NCBI GenBank assembly: GCA_963719515.1 | Contig: CAVRCJ010000011.1 | Location: 96,001 to 160,000, forward strand | From: an uncultured cyanobacterium | Lineage (GTDB): Bacteria > Cyanobacteriota > Cyanobacteriia > CAKZMO01 | DNA: 64,000 nucleotides | Direction: 5' to 3' | Shown: positions 48,454-59,639 of the stretch, one piece after another | Position numbering within the stretch: the stretch's first letter is position 1 | Layout: each line of letters starts with the position of its first letter | The notes under the pieces: model-generated | What the model saw: only the letters and a program-made list of their open reading frames with translations | What the model was told of the DNA's origin: nothing | The model's database searches: none | Position numbers and translations under genes: made by a program

Positions 48454-48678
48454 CTATAAAAGAATCAGGAGAGCCGCACCGGCTAGAAGCATTGCGAGTA
48501 GCGGATTGGACTGCTTACTTTTTTTCTTATCCTTTGAGAAATCGCGGTGAAAATCGCAGCTCAAGCAGCGATATGAGCTGTCTGACTGCGCAACGATGGA
48601 AAGCTTACCGCACTTGGGGCATTGAGCCGAGGTAGAGGCCGTTGGCGTAGCTGGTGCAGGAATAGTACGAGACGTCAT
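48454..48678 (-). CDS. Small zinc-ribbon protein with C-terminal membrane anchor
   Basis: CPKC...CLSC, Lys run, hydrophobic tail; RBS GGAG. Confidence 0.7.
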   Translation of the reverse strand: MTSRTIPAPATPTASTSAQCPKCGKLSIVAQSDSSYRCLSCDFHRDFSKDKKKSKQSNPLLAMLLAGAALLILL

Positions 48679-49333
48679 ATCGAAACTCCAGGGGTAGACT
48701 GTTGCCTTGCACGCAGGATTGAACTAAGTAATTTGATCTATTAGCTGAGCAAATTTGCTATAGCGCCAATGGCCACAAAAATTTAGCTCAATCTCGCATC
48801 GAACAATACGAGTATCAAACATTACAAGAAATTAAAGATGGTCAACATCTCTAACATCCAACCTTGCGTGCTGTAGCAGATACACAGCGTTAACTTGCAC
48901 TTCTAGCCGTTAATCTTTCGATTACGTGCTTACACCCTGACATGTCTGTAAATTAGTCGCTCTCAAGACGAAAAGCAATACATAAAGTCGCAGTCTATGC
49001 GATGGGTCTATACTGCTTATTCGTCACGGGACTATATAACCACAAATAATGAAGCGATCGCCTGAAGTAGATTACACAAGCTAAGCGATTTGAATCACAG
49101 CGTTAGCGCTAGCAAGTTGGCCTGCGGCTTGTGGAAACAGCGAGCCAGCCGGCCTTCCAAATCAGGTGGATTGCGCAACGACCCCAGACATCCGTAATGG
49201 CTCTTGGAACTCTGTATCCTTTGGCAGCGTCTCCATCCGTAGGGTTGCTGAGATACAGTTAACTGAAACTCTTTAGTATTTAACGGTAAATTCCGAAGTA
49301 GATCGAAAACTCGCTCGCGGTTACCCGTCAGGC

Positions 49334-49741
49334 TGCGATCGCCTCTTGGGCGGTGCAGGCCAAGATACCCTAATTGGCGTCGGGCGAAAGACAGCGCAGC
49401 AGCAGGACGACCTCTTCGGCGGCAAGGATGGCGATTGGTTTGTCCTGGGCAGTCGCAACCACAGCTTTTATGGGGGCGCGGATAGCCACGCCGTGATTCT
49501 CGACTTCAACGCGGCTGAAGGCGATCGCATCGTTCTCCATGGCGCAGCCGAACAGTACCAACTGGGCAGCATCTCCACTAATCCCCACAGCGGCACCGGT
49601 ATTTTTACCGCTATATCACCTCAGCTTGACCTAGTTGCGGTTGTTTCGAGGCGGACCATTACGCTGAACGATATAGATTTTGTTTCAGCGCAACGGCACT
49701 ACTTCCGGCAGTGCAGATCCATCAAACCTATCGATGCCTGA
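49334..49741 (+). pseudogene. C-terminal fragment of an RTX/hemolysin-type Ca-binding protein
   Basis: DRLLGGAGQDTLIG, DDLFGGKDGDWFVLG, ILDFN..EGDRI.L; no N-terminus. Confidence 0.7.
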
Positions 49742-49778
49742 GACTTGCGGAGTCGCTTGAGGAATGCGTAGCCTACCG

Positions 49779-50696
49779 CTAATTTCGATGATTATTGCTG
49801 TAGCGAATGCGGGCACCTGCCCACTGCAGCTTCTCCTGCAGGGTTTGATAGTAGGAATGATTCTCGCGCAGAATGATGAAGTGGGCCGAGCAGTCGGCCT
49901 TGCGGATGTCCACGCGCTGACCTGGCCAAATCGAGGTAGCTAAAACACCGTCCATCCAGAGCTTTGTGGATAGGTCGTGGTCGGCCAGCGGCCAAACGCT
50001 GACAACGCAACCGGGGGGAATCACGATGGGGCGGCTAGAGAGGCTGAGGGGGCAGATCGGGGTAACGACCATAGCATCCATGCCAGAATGGACGATGGGA
50101 CCGCTAGCGGCGACGGTGTAGCAGGTTGAGCCCGTGGGTGTGGCCACAATCAGGCCATCCCCCTGGTATTGGTCGACTACCTCCCCATCAATCTCTAGCT
50201 CCAAAATTGACGTGATCATGCGGTCGGCAGAGGCTGGCTTGATGCACATTTCGTTAAGCGCCAGGAAGCGATCGCTCATGATCTCTGACTGTAGGCGATC
50301 GCCCTCAAAGGTGGCGGCCTGCAGCATCATACGGCGCTCCACCGCATAGAGATCCTGGCTCAATCGATCCCAGACCCGCTCAGAGTCTTGGAATTCGTCC
50401 ACAGGTTCAGTCAGAAAGCCTAAATGGCCGCCTGCGTTGACGGCCAAAATAGGAATACCTTCGGGGGCAAGGTGTCTCGCCGCCGCCAGCGCAGTACCGT
50501 CACCTCCCAAAACTACCGCTAAATCGATAGGGCGCGCCGAGGAGAGGAACACCGGGTAGGGATTGTCTTTGGGTCCGCTTGGCCCCATCAGCACATGAGT
50601 GCCTCGCCGCTCAAGCTGCTTGGCACAGGTTTCCGCCCACTGACGGCTCAAGGAATCAGCAGCCTTATGGGCAATAATGACCTGGTTTAGCTCCAC
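49779..50696 (-). CDS. nadK: NAD(+) kinase
   Basis: LGGDGT, GHLGFL, ALNE, GDGLIVATPTGST. Confidence 0.95.
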   Translation of the reverse strand: MELNQVIIAHKAADSLSRQWAETCAKQLERRGTHVLMGPSGPKDNPYPVFLSSARPIDLAVVLGGDGTALAAARHLAPEGIPILAVNAGGHLGFLTEPVDEFQDSERVWDRLSQDLYAVERRMMLQAATFEGDRLQSEIMSDRFLALNEMCIKPASADRMITSILELEIDGEVVDQYQGDGLIVATPTGSTCYTVAASGPIVHSGMDAMVVTPICPLSLSSRPIVIPPGCVVSVWPLADHDLSTKLWMDGVLATSIWPGQRVDIRKADCSAHFIILRENHSYYQTLQEKLQWAGARIRYSNNHRN

Positions 50697-50700
50697 GACA

Positions 50701-51006
50701 CTACCACTTCAGTAGGTTGAATTGCTCCATGTCGACCGTATTGCGGTTGCGGTAAATGGCGAGCACGATGGCAAGCCCTACCGCGGATTCGGCAGCCGCG
50801 ATGGTGATGATGAACACGCCAAACACCTGCCCTTTGATGCCCACAGGGTCAAGGTAGTTGGAGAAAGCCAACAGATTGAGGTTGACGGCGTTTAGCAGAA
50901 GCTCAATGGACATCAGCACGCGAATCGCGTTACGGCTGGTGACCAACCCATAAATGCCGATACAAAACAGCGCGGCGGCTAAGAGTAGATAGTATTCTAG
51001 CTGCAT
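50701..51006 (-). CDS. ndhE: NDH-1 subunit E (NuoK)
   Basis: [28 protein letters not shown]. Confidence 0.96.
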   Translation of the reverse strand: MQLEYYLLLAAALFCIGIYGLVTSRNAIRVLMSIELLLNAVNLNLLAFSNYLDPVGIKGQVFGVFIITIAAAESAVGLAIVLAIYRNRNTVDMEQFNLLKW

Positions 51007-51081
51007 GACTCCATCTCAATTAAGCGTGATGTGAAACTGATGGGGCGTTTGAGGCCTCTTTGGGCACCTGAGAGATTCAAC

Positions 51082-51690
51082 CTAGCGCTGAACCGGCTCC
51101 GATAGGTCCTGAGGCGTCGCCGAAAATCGGGGACGCTCGGGCAGCGACAGCATCGGCTGGTCCATTGACTCTTCTGGCAATAGCTCCCGGCGGGCCAGCA
51201 CGATCGCGCCAACGAGCGCCATCAGCAGCAGCACTGAAGCCAGCTCAAAAGGCAGCAAAAAGTCGGTAAAGAGGTGTTTGCCAATCTCCACCGTAGCGCT
51301 CTCACCCGCTGCAGGAGCCAAAGAAATAGACCAGGGCGTCACTACAACCATCGTGGCCAGCAGCGCGAACAATCCCAGACAGACCATGGCGGTGGCCGCC
51401 TTGCCTAACCAGGCCCGGCCGCTGAGCTTGTACGGCTCTTCCTTAGCCACCAGCATGATCCCAAACAGGATCAAAATGTTCACCGCTCCGACGTAGATCA
51501 AAATTTGCGCCGCTGCCACAAACCCGGCGTTGAGCAGGATGTATAGGCCCGACATGCTGATGAAAACGCCGCCCAGCAAGAATGCTGAGTAGACAATATT
51601 GGCCAGCAGGACCACCCCTAGCGCCGACCCCAACATCATCGCTCCCAAAATAACGAGGGAAACGAGCTGAACCCCTTCTGCTAAATTCAC
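51082..51690 (-). CDS. ndhG: NDH-1 subunit G (NuoJ)
   Basis: AAQILIYVGA, LPFELAS. Confidence 0.96.
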   Translation of the reverse strand: MNLAEGVQLVSLVILGAMMLGSALGVVLLANIVYSAFLLGGVFISMSGLYILLNAGFVAAAQILIYVGAVNILILFGIMLVAKEEPYKLSGRAWLGKAATAMVCLGLFALLATMVVVTPWSISLAPAAGESATVEIGKHLFTDFLLPFELASVLLLMALVGAIVLARRELLPEESMDQPMLSLPERPRFSATPQDLSEPVQR

Positions 51691-51704
51691 AATTAGCGAT
51701 CTCC

Positions 51705-52328
51705 TTAGGTGGTACTCACGGTTTCTGCAGTTTGGTCGTCCTGCTCAGAATCGAGCTCCTCCAGGATTTCCTCTGGAAGCTTACCAGACCGGCGGGACCC
51801 TGCGGGCAGTCCATGGGGAGAAACAACGCCTTTGGGCAAATAGCCGAACTCGCGCAGCGGCGTCACCATCGGATCTTGAGTTACCTTGTAGGGCAAGCGG
51901 CCTAGGGCCACGCTGTCATAGTTCAGCTCGTGGCGATCGTAGGCCGCCAGCTCGTATTCCTCCGTCATTGATAGACAGTTGGTCGGGCAATACTCCACGC
52001 AGTTGCCGCAGAAAATACAGACCCCAAAGTCAATGCTGTAATGCTTGAGGTTCTTTTTCTTGGCCGCTTTGTTAAACTCCCAATCCACCACCGGGAGGTT
52101 GATAGGGCAAACTCGAACGCAGACTTCGCAGGCGATACATTTGTCGAACTCGAAGTGGATGCGACCGCGATAGCGCTCGGAGGGAATTATCTTTTCGTAT
52201 GGATATTGAACGGTGACGGGGCGGCGCTGCAGGTGGTCAAAGGTTACCGAGAGACCTTGGCCGATGTACCGGGCCGCTTCAACGGCCCCCTTGGTATAGT
52301 CGCCAACTTGCTTGAGAAAATTGAGCAT
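51705..52328 (-). CDS. ndhI: NDH-1 subunit I
   Basis: Two 4Fe-4S motifs [12 protein letters not shown] and [12 protein letters not shown]. Confidence 0.97.
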   Translation of the reverse strand: MLNFLKQVGDYTKGAVEAARYIGQGLSVTFDHLQRRPVTVQYPYEKIIPSERYRGRIHFEFDKCIACEVCVRVCPINLPVVDWEFNKAAKKKNLKHYSIDFGVCIFCGNCVEYCPTNCLSMTEEYELAAYDRHELNYDSVALGRLPYKVTQDPMVTPLREFGYLPKGVVSPHGLPAGSRRSGKLPEEILEELDSEQDDQTAETVSTT

Positions 52329-52431
52329 GGTGCTAAACGTCTGTTAGTACGACAACACAGTGGAAGAAAAGCCTGATGTCGGGCGGTGTGGAACGGGTGG
52401 AACGGGACAATCAGGGCAATGCCCTGCGCCC

Positions 52432-53550
52432 TTACCCCCCAAATGCGAACGGAAACGAAAGCTTCAGCGCTGCGGTCAACAGGAGATTGGCCAAAGCTAC
52501 CGGCAGCAGAAACTTCCAGCCCAGGTCTAAGAGCTGGTCAATGCGAACCCGGGGGACGGTCCAGCGAAGCAGAACAGCGAAGAAAACCAGCAGGTAAGCC
52601 TTGAAGACGGTCATTATAATGCCCAGCGCCCCCGTAAGCACCTGGAGCCAGGGCGTTGCCTCACTGATGCCAATCCAGCCTGCGATCGCCTCCACCGGCA
52701 CGGGGAAGCCCCAGCCTCCCAGGTAGAGTATCGATACAAACAGCGCCGACAGCACCAGGTTAACGTAAGACCCCAAATAAAACAGGCCGAACCGCATACC
52801 GGCATACTCAGTTTGGTAGCCCGCCACCAGCTCCTCCTCTGCCTCCGGGAGGTCAAACGGCAGGCGCTCGCATTCTGCTAGGGCAGCGATGACAAAAATG
52901 ACAAACCCTACGGGCTGACGCCAGACATTCCAGCTCAAGATGCCGTAGCTCGCCTGCTGCTGAACGATATCGACGGTGCTCAGCGAGTTAGACATCATGA
53001 CGACGGCCAGCGCCGCTAGCGCCAGCGGAATCTCGTAGCTGATAGACTGTGCCGCAGCCCGCAGCCCGCCCAAAAGGGAATATTTGTTGTTAGAGGAGTA
53101 TCCCGCCATCAGCAGCCCAATGGGCGCGATGCTCGACAGGGCAATCCAGAGAAAAATACCGACGCCCACATCGCTGATCAGCAAGTTCTGGCCGAACGGG
53201 ATAATCATGTAGGACAAGAACACGGGCACAACCACCAGAACCGGCCCGAGGGTATAGAGGATAGGGTCAGCTTTAGCGGGGAGAATGTCCTCTTTGACCA
53301 AAAGCTTGAGGCCGTCCGCAACGGGAATCAGCAGCCCCATAGGCCCTGCATATTCGGGTCCAATGCGCTGCTGAACGGCGGCAGACACCTTGCGCTCAAG
53401 CCAGGTGGACACCAAAACACCAACCGTTGCCCCCACTAGCACAATCAGCATCGGGAGGGGCAACCAGGCGAGTTTGGCGACGCCAGGGGGAAGACCCAGC
53501 TGAGTCAGCAGTTGGAGGAAGCTAGCCTGCAAGTCGATTCCAGTGTTCAT
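52432..53550 (-). CDS. ndhA: NDH-1 subunit A (NuoH)
   Basis: [24 protein letters not shown]. Confidence 0.97.
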   Translation of the reverse strand: MNTGIDLQASFLQLLTQLGLPPGVAKLAWLPLPMLIVLVGATVGVLVSTWLERKVSAAVQQRIGPEYAGPMGLLIPVADGLKLLVKEDILPAKADPILYTLGPVLVVVPVFLSYMIIPFGQNLLISDVGVGIFLWIALSSIAPIGLLMAGYSSNNKYSLLGGLRAAAQSISYEIPLALAALAVVMMSNSLSTVDIVQQQASYGILSWNVWRQPVGFVIFVIAALAECERLPFDLPEAEEELVAGYQTEYAGMRFGLFYLGSYVNLVLSALFVSILYLGGWGFPVPVEAIAGWIGISEATPWLQVLTGALGIIMTVFKAYLLVFFAVLLRWTVPRVRIDQLLDLGWKFLLPVALANLLLTAALKLSFPFAFGG

Positions 53551-53841
53551 GCTCTCGGGTAAATCAACAAGTAAAACGGGGAGCGGTGGATATCGGTGGA
53601 TATCAAATTAATGATTCTTCAAGATCCTAATGCCAGTATATCGCTGCATCGACAATCCGCAGACAATCTGCGGCGTTCATTGGCCGTGAAGGTTGCGGCG
53701 GAAGAGGCTATCTAGATGGCCTTTTAGGTGAAGGGCTATCTAGTGCTGCGGCGTAGCGTATGAGATGCTGAGGCAAGATCAAATCCCTTTAGACGCTACA
53801 ACAGCATTACGCTCACCAGATCTGTAGGACGGTCGACTGTC

Positions 53842-54696
53842 ATGCAAATCCCCCGCTTTCCTGAGTGCTACCACGCTCTCGTCGAGGATGCCTTGAGCCA
53901 CGACGACCAAACCCTGCTGCGCCAGCTGCAGCGGCACCCGGAATCAGGGCGCTGCTTCGTGGCGCTGTTCTGTCGCTATAGCCCGCTGGTCTACAGCCTG
54001 ATTCGCCACGCCACCCAATCTTCTGTCCAAGTGGACTATCTATTTGCTCAAACCTGGAAACAGATCTATCAAGATTTGCAGGACGTCAGTCCGGAGTCCT
54101 TTGGTGAAGGTAGCCCTGACGAAGGGATGGAGACGGCTGCAGAGGGCAGCGCTGGGGAGGTCAAGGCGGCCCTGAGCCCCAATACCATCAGTCCCAATAT
54201 CGCTAGCACCAGCAGCGCTAGCCCCGACAGAAGGGAGAGCAGTGGAGCAGGCACGGGCAAGGTAGGCGCAGACGGAATAGCCAATAGCGGGGGCGATCGC
54301 CGACCCCGCTTAGCCAGCGACTTTACCGGCAACGTTTCGACCCCAATGACGCTGCAAAATTGGATCATCGATATCGCGGCTCGCTATATTCGAGAAGCTC
54401 CCCCTGAAGCTGACCAAATTCGCTACTCACTGACCTACGCGCCGCCGCCGCTGTGGTGCTACCTGGAGCGATCGCTAGAGCAGCTCTCTCCGGTCCACCG
54501 GTTAGTCGTGGTGCTCCACAAGCGGTTTGGCTGGTCCTTAGAAGAAGTGGCGAGCCACTTGGCCTCAACCGGAATGGAGGTCGATACCGCAGCTGTTATA
54601 ACGTTACTGGGAGAAGGCTATGACCAAATCGACGAGTCGCTACCGCAAGATATCCGTGAGATCTACTTAGAGCCCTCAGCGGCCCGACCCCTGTAA
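53842..54696 (+). CDS. Sigma-70/ECF-like protein with a low-complexity insertion
   Basis: F.ALFCRY...Y.LIRH region-2-like; PPLWCYL...L..L region-4-like. Confidence 0.65.
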   Translation: MQIPRFPECYHALVEDALSHDDQTLLRQLQRHPESGRCFVALFCRYSPLVYSLIRHATQSSVQVDYLFAQTWKQIYQDLQDVSPESFGEGSPDEGMETAAEGSAGEVKAALSPNTISPNIASTSSASPDRRESSGAGTGKVGADGIANSGGDRRPRLASDFTGNVSTPMTLQNWIIDIAARYIREAPPEADQIRYSLTYAPPPLWCYLERSLEQLSPVHRLVVVLHKRFGWSLEEVASHLASTGMEVDTAAVITLLGEGYDQIDESLPQDIREIYLEPSAARPL

Positions 54697-54882
54697 ACCA
54701 GCGATAAACCAATCACCAAACTTGATGGGGGAGCGATCGCATTGTGCGGTGCAGCCGCCTGTTCAATAGTATCAATAGTAAAGAATAAGCCAGTGAGCAA
54801 GCTGCCGCAGGACTAGGGCGATCGCCCTAGCTAAGAACGCCTCACTGCACCAGAACTCGACTAAGGAAATCTGAATTACGCT

Positions 54883-55221
54883 ATGGCAAAGTACTTTTTC
54901 TTATCAGATGGTTGGACGGTAGGTCGGGTTTGGGAGCTCGGTGGGCTTTGGAACGAAACCGCTTGGCGACGCAAGCCTCAAATTCAGCAGCTTAATCTTC
55001 GCATTCGCGAAGCGGACGAGCAGCTGTGGCTCTATCAGGTGGAGGATGCCATCTTGATGGTGGAAGTTAAGCCGGGTGAGACGATATCTGCCGACGCTAT
55101 TGGTCAGGTGGTACTCAAGCGCCTGATGGACGCCGAGAAGGTAATAGAGCTGCTGTGCCTGAGCCAAGAGAGTCAGGGAGGTGATCTCGCGAAGGCCAAC
55201 TACTCGACCCTCCAAGTTTAG
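54883..55221 (+). CDS. Hypothetical protein
   Basis: Trp-rich MAKYFFLSDGWTVGRVWE; IGQVVLKRL; RBS-like AAGGA upstream. Confidence 0.75.
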   Translation: MAKYFFLSDGWTVGRVWELGGLWNETAWRRKPQIQQLNLRIREADEQLWLYQVEDAILMVEVKPGETISADAIGQVVLKRLMDAEKVIELLCLSQESQGGDLAKANYSTLQV

Positions 55222-55341
55222 AGAAGATGGGTTTCGCCCAGTACCCGGCGCTTTAGGAGTTTGAGAGGTGGCCGTCTGCCGAAGAGCAGCGCCACCTCTC
55301 AAGAGGACTCAGAAACTGCGCTACGCAAGGGCCTGCAGCCC

Positions 55342-57394
55342 CTAGATATTGCCGGGGGGAATGTCTGCCAGGTTGTTGTCCGGCAAATTGCTCACAGCGC
55401 GCTGAATTGAGACTAAAGCGCGGTTGTATCCCAGCACGGCATTTACCAAGTTGGCCTCAGCTTCCGTGAGGTCTGTCTGCGCCTGGATCACGTCCGACTG
55501 AATTCCCACCCCAGCCTGGAACCTCAGGCGAGCCAGCCGCAGCGACTCTTCTGCCAGCCGGACGGCTGCTTGAGCCGTCGTAATGTTTTCGAAGTTTGAC
55601 TCTAGACCAAAAAAGGCCTGCTCGACCTCAAAGCGGATAGACTCGCGGGTGTCTGCAAACGTTGTCTCTGCAATCTCGCGGTCTATGCGCTCCTGTCTCG
55701 CCCTAGCCCTTGATGCGCCGCCGTCGAAGAAAAGCCAGTCGAGCTGTGCGCCGATAGAAAACGAATCGCTGTCTCCACTGCTAAACCCCTGATCTTGGTC
55801 GACCTCGTCTATTAACTCCTGCACTTGATACTGCGCTACTAGAGAAAGCTGAGGTAGAGTGCCGGATCGCGCCACCCGCTGCTGCTGACGATCGATCTCG
55901 CGCTGTACGAGCTGCTGCTCAAGCTCAGCGCGGTTCTTATAGGCCAGCGTTAGGCTCTCTGATAGGGAAAGCTGCCACTGCCCGGCAATATTCACTGGGT
56001 CCGCCGCCGTCAGGTTAACGCCAGGGGGCAAGCTCAACAGCTCAACGAGCTGTCGCTGGTTAATCAGCTGGTTGCTAATCGAATTGCGTAACTCTTGGCG
56101 GGCATTGGCAACTTCTACTTGGGCCTGAAGCCTATCAAACCGCGTTCCTACGCCGGCGCGCTCTCGGGCCGCCGCGTCGCGAAAACTAATTAGCGCTTCG
56201 TCTAAATTGTCGCGGTTGATGCGAACGGTTTCGTCAGCTTCTTGGATGTCGTAATACGCTTGGGTAACGTTGAGCTGTATTTCTTCGGCGATGACCTCTA
56301 GCTGCAGCGCCTGGAGGCGCTGCGCCTCGCGAGCGGCTCTGATGTTGCCCTGACGCGCGCCTGAGGTAAACAGGTCGTAGCTTAAGGCGACGGTACCTGT
56401 CAACGTGCTGTTGGTCTGAGAATCACGTTCTGATTCGAAAGAGGGATTGAAGGGGTCGTCGCTGCTGTTGACGGTAGTAGACTGATTTGTCGTCGTACGA
56501 TTCAAAGCGCCGGTAGTGCTGAGGCTTGGAAACCGCTGGGCCCGAGCTTCCCTCACCTGAGCTTGAGCCCGCTCAAACTGAAGCTGGGCATTTTGTAGGT
56601 CGCGGCTGTTGCGGTAGGAAACCTGCAGCGCCTGCTCAAGGGTAACGGGAATGTTCTCGGTGACCTCCAGGGTTTCTGGATCGGTCGGAAAGAACAGCGG
56701 ATTCGCAGGGGCGCGCAAAATCTCTAGAACGGTCTGCACCGTTTGGGAGAGGTCGTCATCGGCGTCGACATCCGCCTGAGGGACGTCAGCTCATCCGCTG
56801 GGGTACGTCAGCTTCGACCTCAGGATCGCCGCTTGGGTCTGCAAGATCCGCATCATCTAGATCGAGGGGCTGGGAGAGGGGGTCATCGTCATCGAAAGCC
56901 TCGACCTCACCGGCACTGCCTTCATCTAAGAACTCTTCCACTGACTCTAGGTCGGCCTCCTCGGCGGCTTCAACCTCGTCTTCTACCCCTAACTCGTCCG
57001 GGTCATCGTTGATTAGCGGGGTAGACTCAGCGCTTGGATCTGAATTGGCGGGATTGGAACCGGGGTCAAGGGGTATACTGTCGCCGGTCGGCTCTTCGGC
57101 TTGAGCCAAGTCAAACCCTGCCAGCGGGCGATCGCCAATTCGATAGACGACGTTGACAGACTCTGGGGAGGTATCGAAGGCTGGGGAACCAGAGAGTGCA
57201 GCGCTCGGGACTGTAGCGTGAGGCGACGCATCAGCGATCCAAACGACAGGCTTTTGAGAGGGTAGCTTCAAAGCCTCAGTTGGGCTTGACTCGGGTACTG
57301 GAGGGGCATCAGACTGGGCATTTGCCAGACCAGCTGGTCCAAGTATGACCGCTGCACTGATGCCAATGGCGATAACGTTGCTATGAGCTTGCAT
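55342..57394 (-). pseudogene. tolC: TolC-family outer-membrane channel, split by a frameshift at ~56791-56797 (real or assembly error)
   Basis: Signal peptide and acidic N-terminal extension (56786-57394); OEP repeats AGVGTRFD and ARLRFQAGVG (55342-56739). Confidence 0.85.
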
Positions 57395-57799
57395 ACTGCT
57401 GTCGTCTCAACGATCTGTAAGAAGGTAACCAGTCGGCGGCTGTGGTCGTGGGTTGTAGAAACAACCTTATGCAGAATATCGGTCACAAGCGAATTTGGCA
57501 ATTTTTACAGTGCCCCATATTCGGACGGCGTGCCTCACCCTACTCGGTGATCTTCGCACTTTCGCGCTCTAGATATACTGGTCAATTTAGCGTTATAGGA
57601 CCGTGAGTAGCCGTGATTGCAATCGCAGGATTACACAAAGGGGAATCCCAGTCGTCAGCGACTCAATGACCTATTCAAACTTCAGATACTTACAAAACGA
57701 CTAGTTGCTGGGCAGGATAGTTTCTTCTCCGGCTGACGAATTAGGGCTTGAGCGGGGTAAACCTTGGGACCACTGGGCTTGATTTAGCGTGACTCAAGG

Positions 57800-59287
57800 C
57801 TATAGGTTGCCAAATCCTTTCTTTTTCTTGCTCTTCTTTTTCTTCTTGCTCCCTTTCGCACCTTGATAGCCTCGCCATCCCGGCATACCGCCGCCTGCGC
57901 CAGGCATGTCGCCGCCCATACCGGGCATCCCACCACCAAACATGCCGCCCATACCGGGCATGCCGCCACCCATGCCGGGCATCCCCATTTGCCCCTGCCC
58001 CATTTGCTGCATCAGCGATCGCATCTTCTGAAAGTCGCTGACCAGCTTGCTGACGTCGTTGATGTCATAGCCGGCCCCGCGAGCAATGCGGCTGCGGCGG
58101 CTCGGGGACCCTGACAGGAGTTCGGGGTTGCGCCGCTCCTCTAGCGTCATGGACTTAATCATCGCCTCTGCCCGCTTGAGCTGCGTTTCCCCCTGCTGAA
58201 GCTGGTCCCCCGAGATCTTGTTCATGCCAGGAATCATCTTGGCAATTCCGCCCAACGATCCCATCGTCTTGAGCAGGCGCGTTTGCTTAAGAAAATCATT
58301 GAAGTCAAACTGAGCCGACAGGATCTTCTCCTGCATCTTTTCGGCTTCCACCATGTCGACTTCTTCTTGAGCCTTTTCCACCAGGGTGAGCACGTCGCCC
58401 ATTCCCAAGATGCGAGAGGCCATACGGTCAGGGTAGAAGGGCTGCAGCGCCTCTACTTTTTCCCCCACGCCAATAAATTTGATGGGCTGCCCCGAGATGC
58501 TGCGCACGGAAAGGGCCGCCCCCCCTCGCGTGTCGCCGTCCATCTTCGTCAAAATCGCGCCCGTCACCCCAATCTCATCGTGGAACGTGCGGGTGAGGGT
58601 GGCCGCCTCCTGGCCGGTCATTGCGTCAACAACCAGCAGCGTATCGTGGGGCTGTACTGCCTTCTTGACCTTGGCCAGCTCGGCCATCATCGCTTGGTCA
58701 ATTTGCAGTCGACCCGCCGTGTCGATAATCACCGTGTCGACGCCATCGGCCTTAGCCTTCTCAACGCCCTGACGGGCAATTTCGACGGGGTCAGCGTCTG
58801 AGCCCAGCTCAAACACCGGCACGTTGATTTGCTTACCCAAAGTCACCAGCTGGTCGATGGCGGCAGGGCGATACACGTCTGTAGCCACCAGGAGCGCACT
58901 GCGGTCTTGCTTGCGCAGGTGCAGCGCCAGCTTAGCTGAGGCCGTGGTTTTTCCTGTTCCCTGCAGACCCGCCATCAGCACAATGGTGGGGCCGGGGTCA
59001 GCCTGCGCGAGGGGAACGCCCGTCTCCCCCATAACGGACATAAGCTCATCGTGGACGATTTTGATGAACTGTTGGTCGGGGCGTACCCCTGCGACCACTT
59101 CAGCGCCCTGGGCCTTGACCTTGACCTGGGCGACAAATTCTTTGACCACCTGGAGGTTGACATCTGCCTCTAGTAGGGCTCGGCGCACCTCCCGGAGCGC
59201 CTCCTGAATATTTGACTCGGAGATTTTGTCTTGACCCCGGAGGGTTTTCCAAGCGGATTCCAGCCGATCTGAAAGGGCTTCAAACAT
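57800..59287 (-). CDS. ffh: Signal recognition particle protein
   Basis: GLQGTGKTT, DTAGR, TKMDGD.RGGAALS, Met-rich M domain. Confidence 0.97.
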   Translation of the reverse strand: MFEALSDRLESAWKTLRGQDKISESNIQEALREVRRALLEADVNLQVVKEFVAQVKVKAQGAEVVAGVRPDQQFIKIVHDELMSVMGETGVPLAQADPGPTIVLMAGLQGTGKTTASAKLALHLRKQDRSALLVATDVYRPAAIDQLVTLGKQINVPVFELGSDADPVEIARQGVEKAKADGVDTVIIDTAGRLQIDQAMMAELAKVKKAVQPHDTLLVVDAMTGQEAATLTRTFHDEIGVTGAILTKMDGDTRGGAALSVRSISGQPIKFIGVGEKVEALQPFYPDRMASRILGMGDVLTLVEKAQEEVDMVEAEKMQEKILSAQFDFNDFLKQTRLLKTMGSLGGIAKMIPGMNKISGDQLQQGETQLKRAEAMIKSMTLEERRNPELLSGSPSRRSRIARGAGYDINDVSKLVSDFQKMRSLMQQMGQGQMGMPGMGGGMPGMGGMFGGGMPGMGGDMPGAGGGMPGWRGYQGAKGSKKKKKSKKKKGFGNL

Positions 59288-59502
59288 AGCGATAGCGACG
59301 GTAACGGTGGTTCATGCTGCAGACGAGAGCGGTCGTACTGCGCGCAGCGGGTTGTCTGTATCTATATCTATATTAGGGGGTGTTGTCTCGGGGATGCGGC
59401 CAGGCGGCAAATGTGTCGACTGCCGCTGCAGAGAAGCGCGATCGCAGCAGGTCACGCAGGAAGGCAAGCCTAGCTCCGAAAAAAAGGGAGAGCCACTAAA
59501 GC

Positions 59503-59553
59503 AAAAAAAAGGGAGAGCCACTAAGGACTCTCCCAACCATCAGGGTGCATCTG
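59503..59553 (-). ncRNA. Candidate ~50-nt sRNA with its own -10 element and terminator
   Basis: TATTAT (59565-59560), then CAGATGCACCCTGATGGTT-GGGAGAG..CTCTCCC-T8. Confidence 0.5.
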
Positions 59554-59639
59554 AATAACATAATAGGGTATTTGACCCATAGGGGGTCGTACCCCCTACC
59601 AAATTCTTAACAAAACTTAAAAATTGGCGGCAGCTAGCG

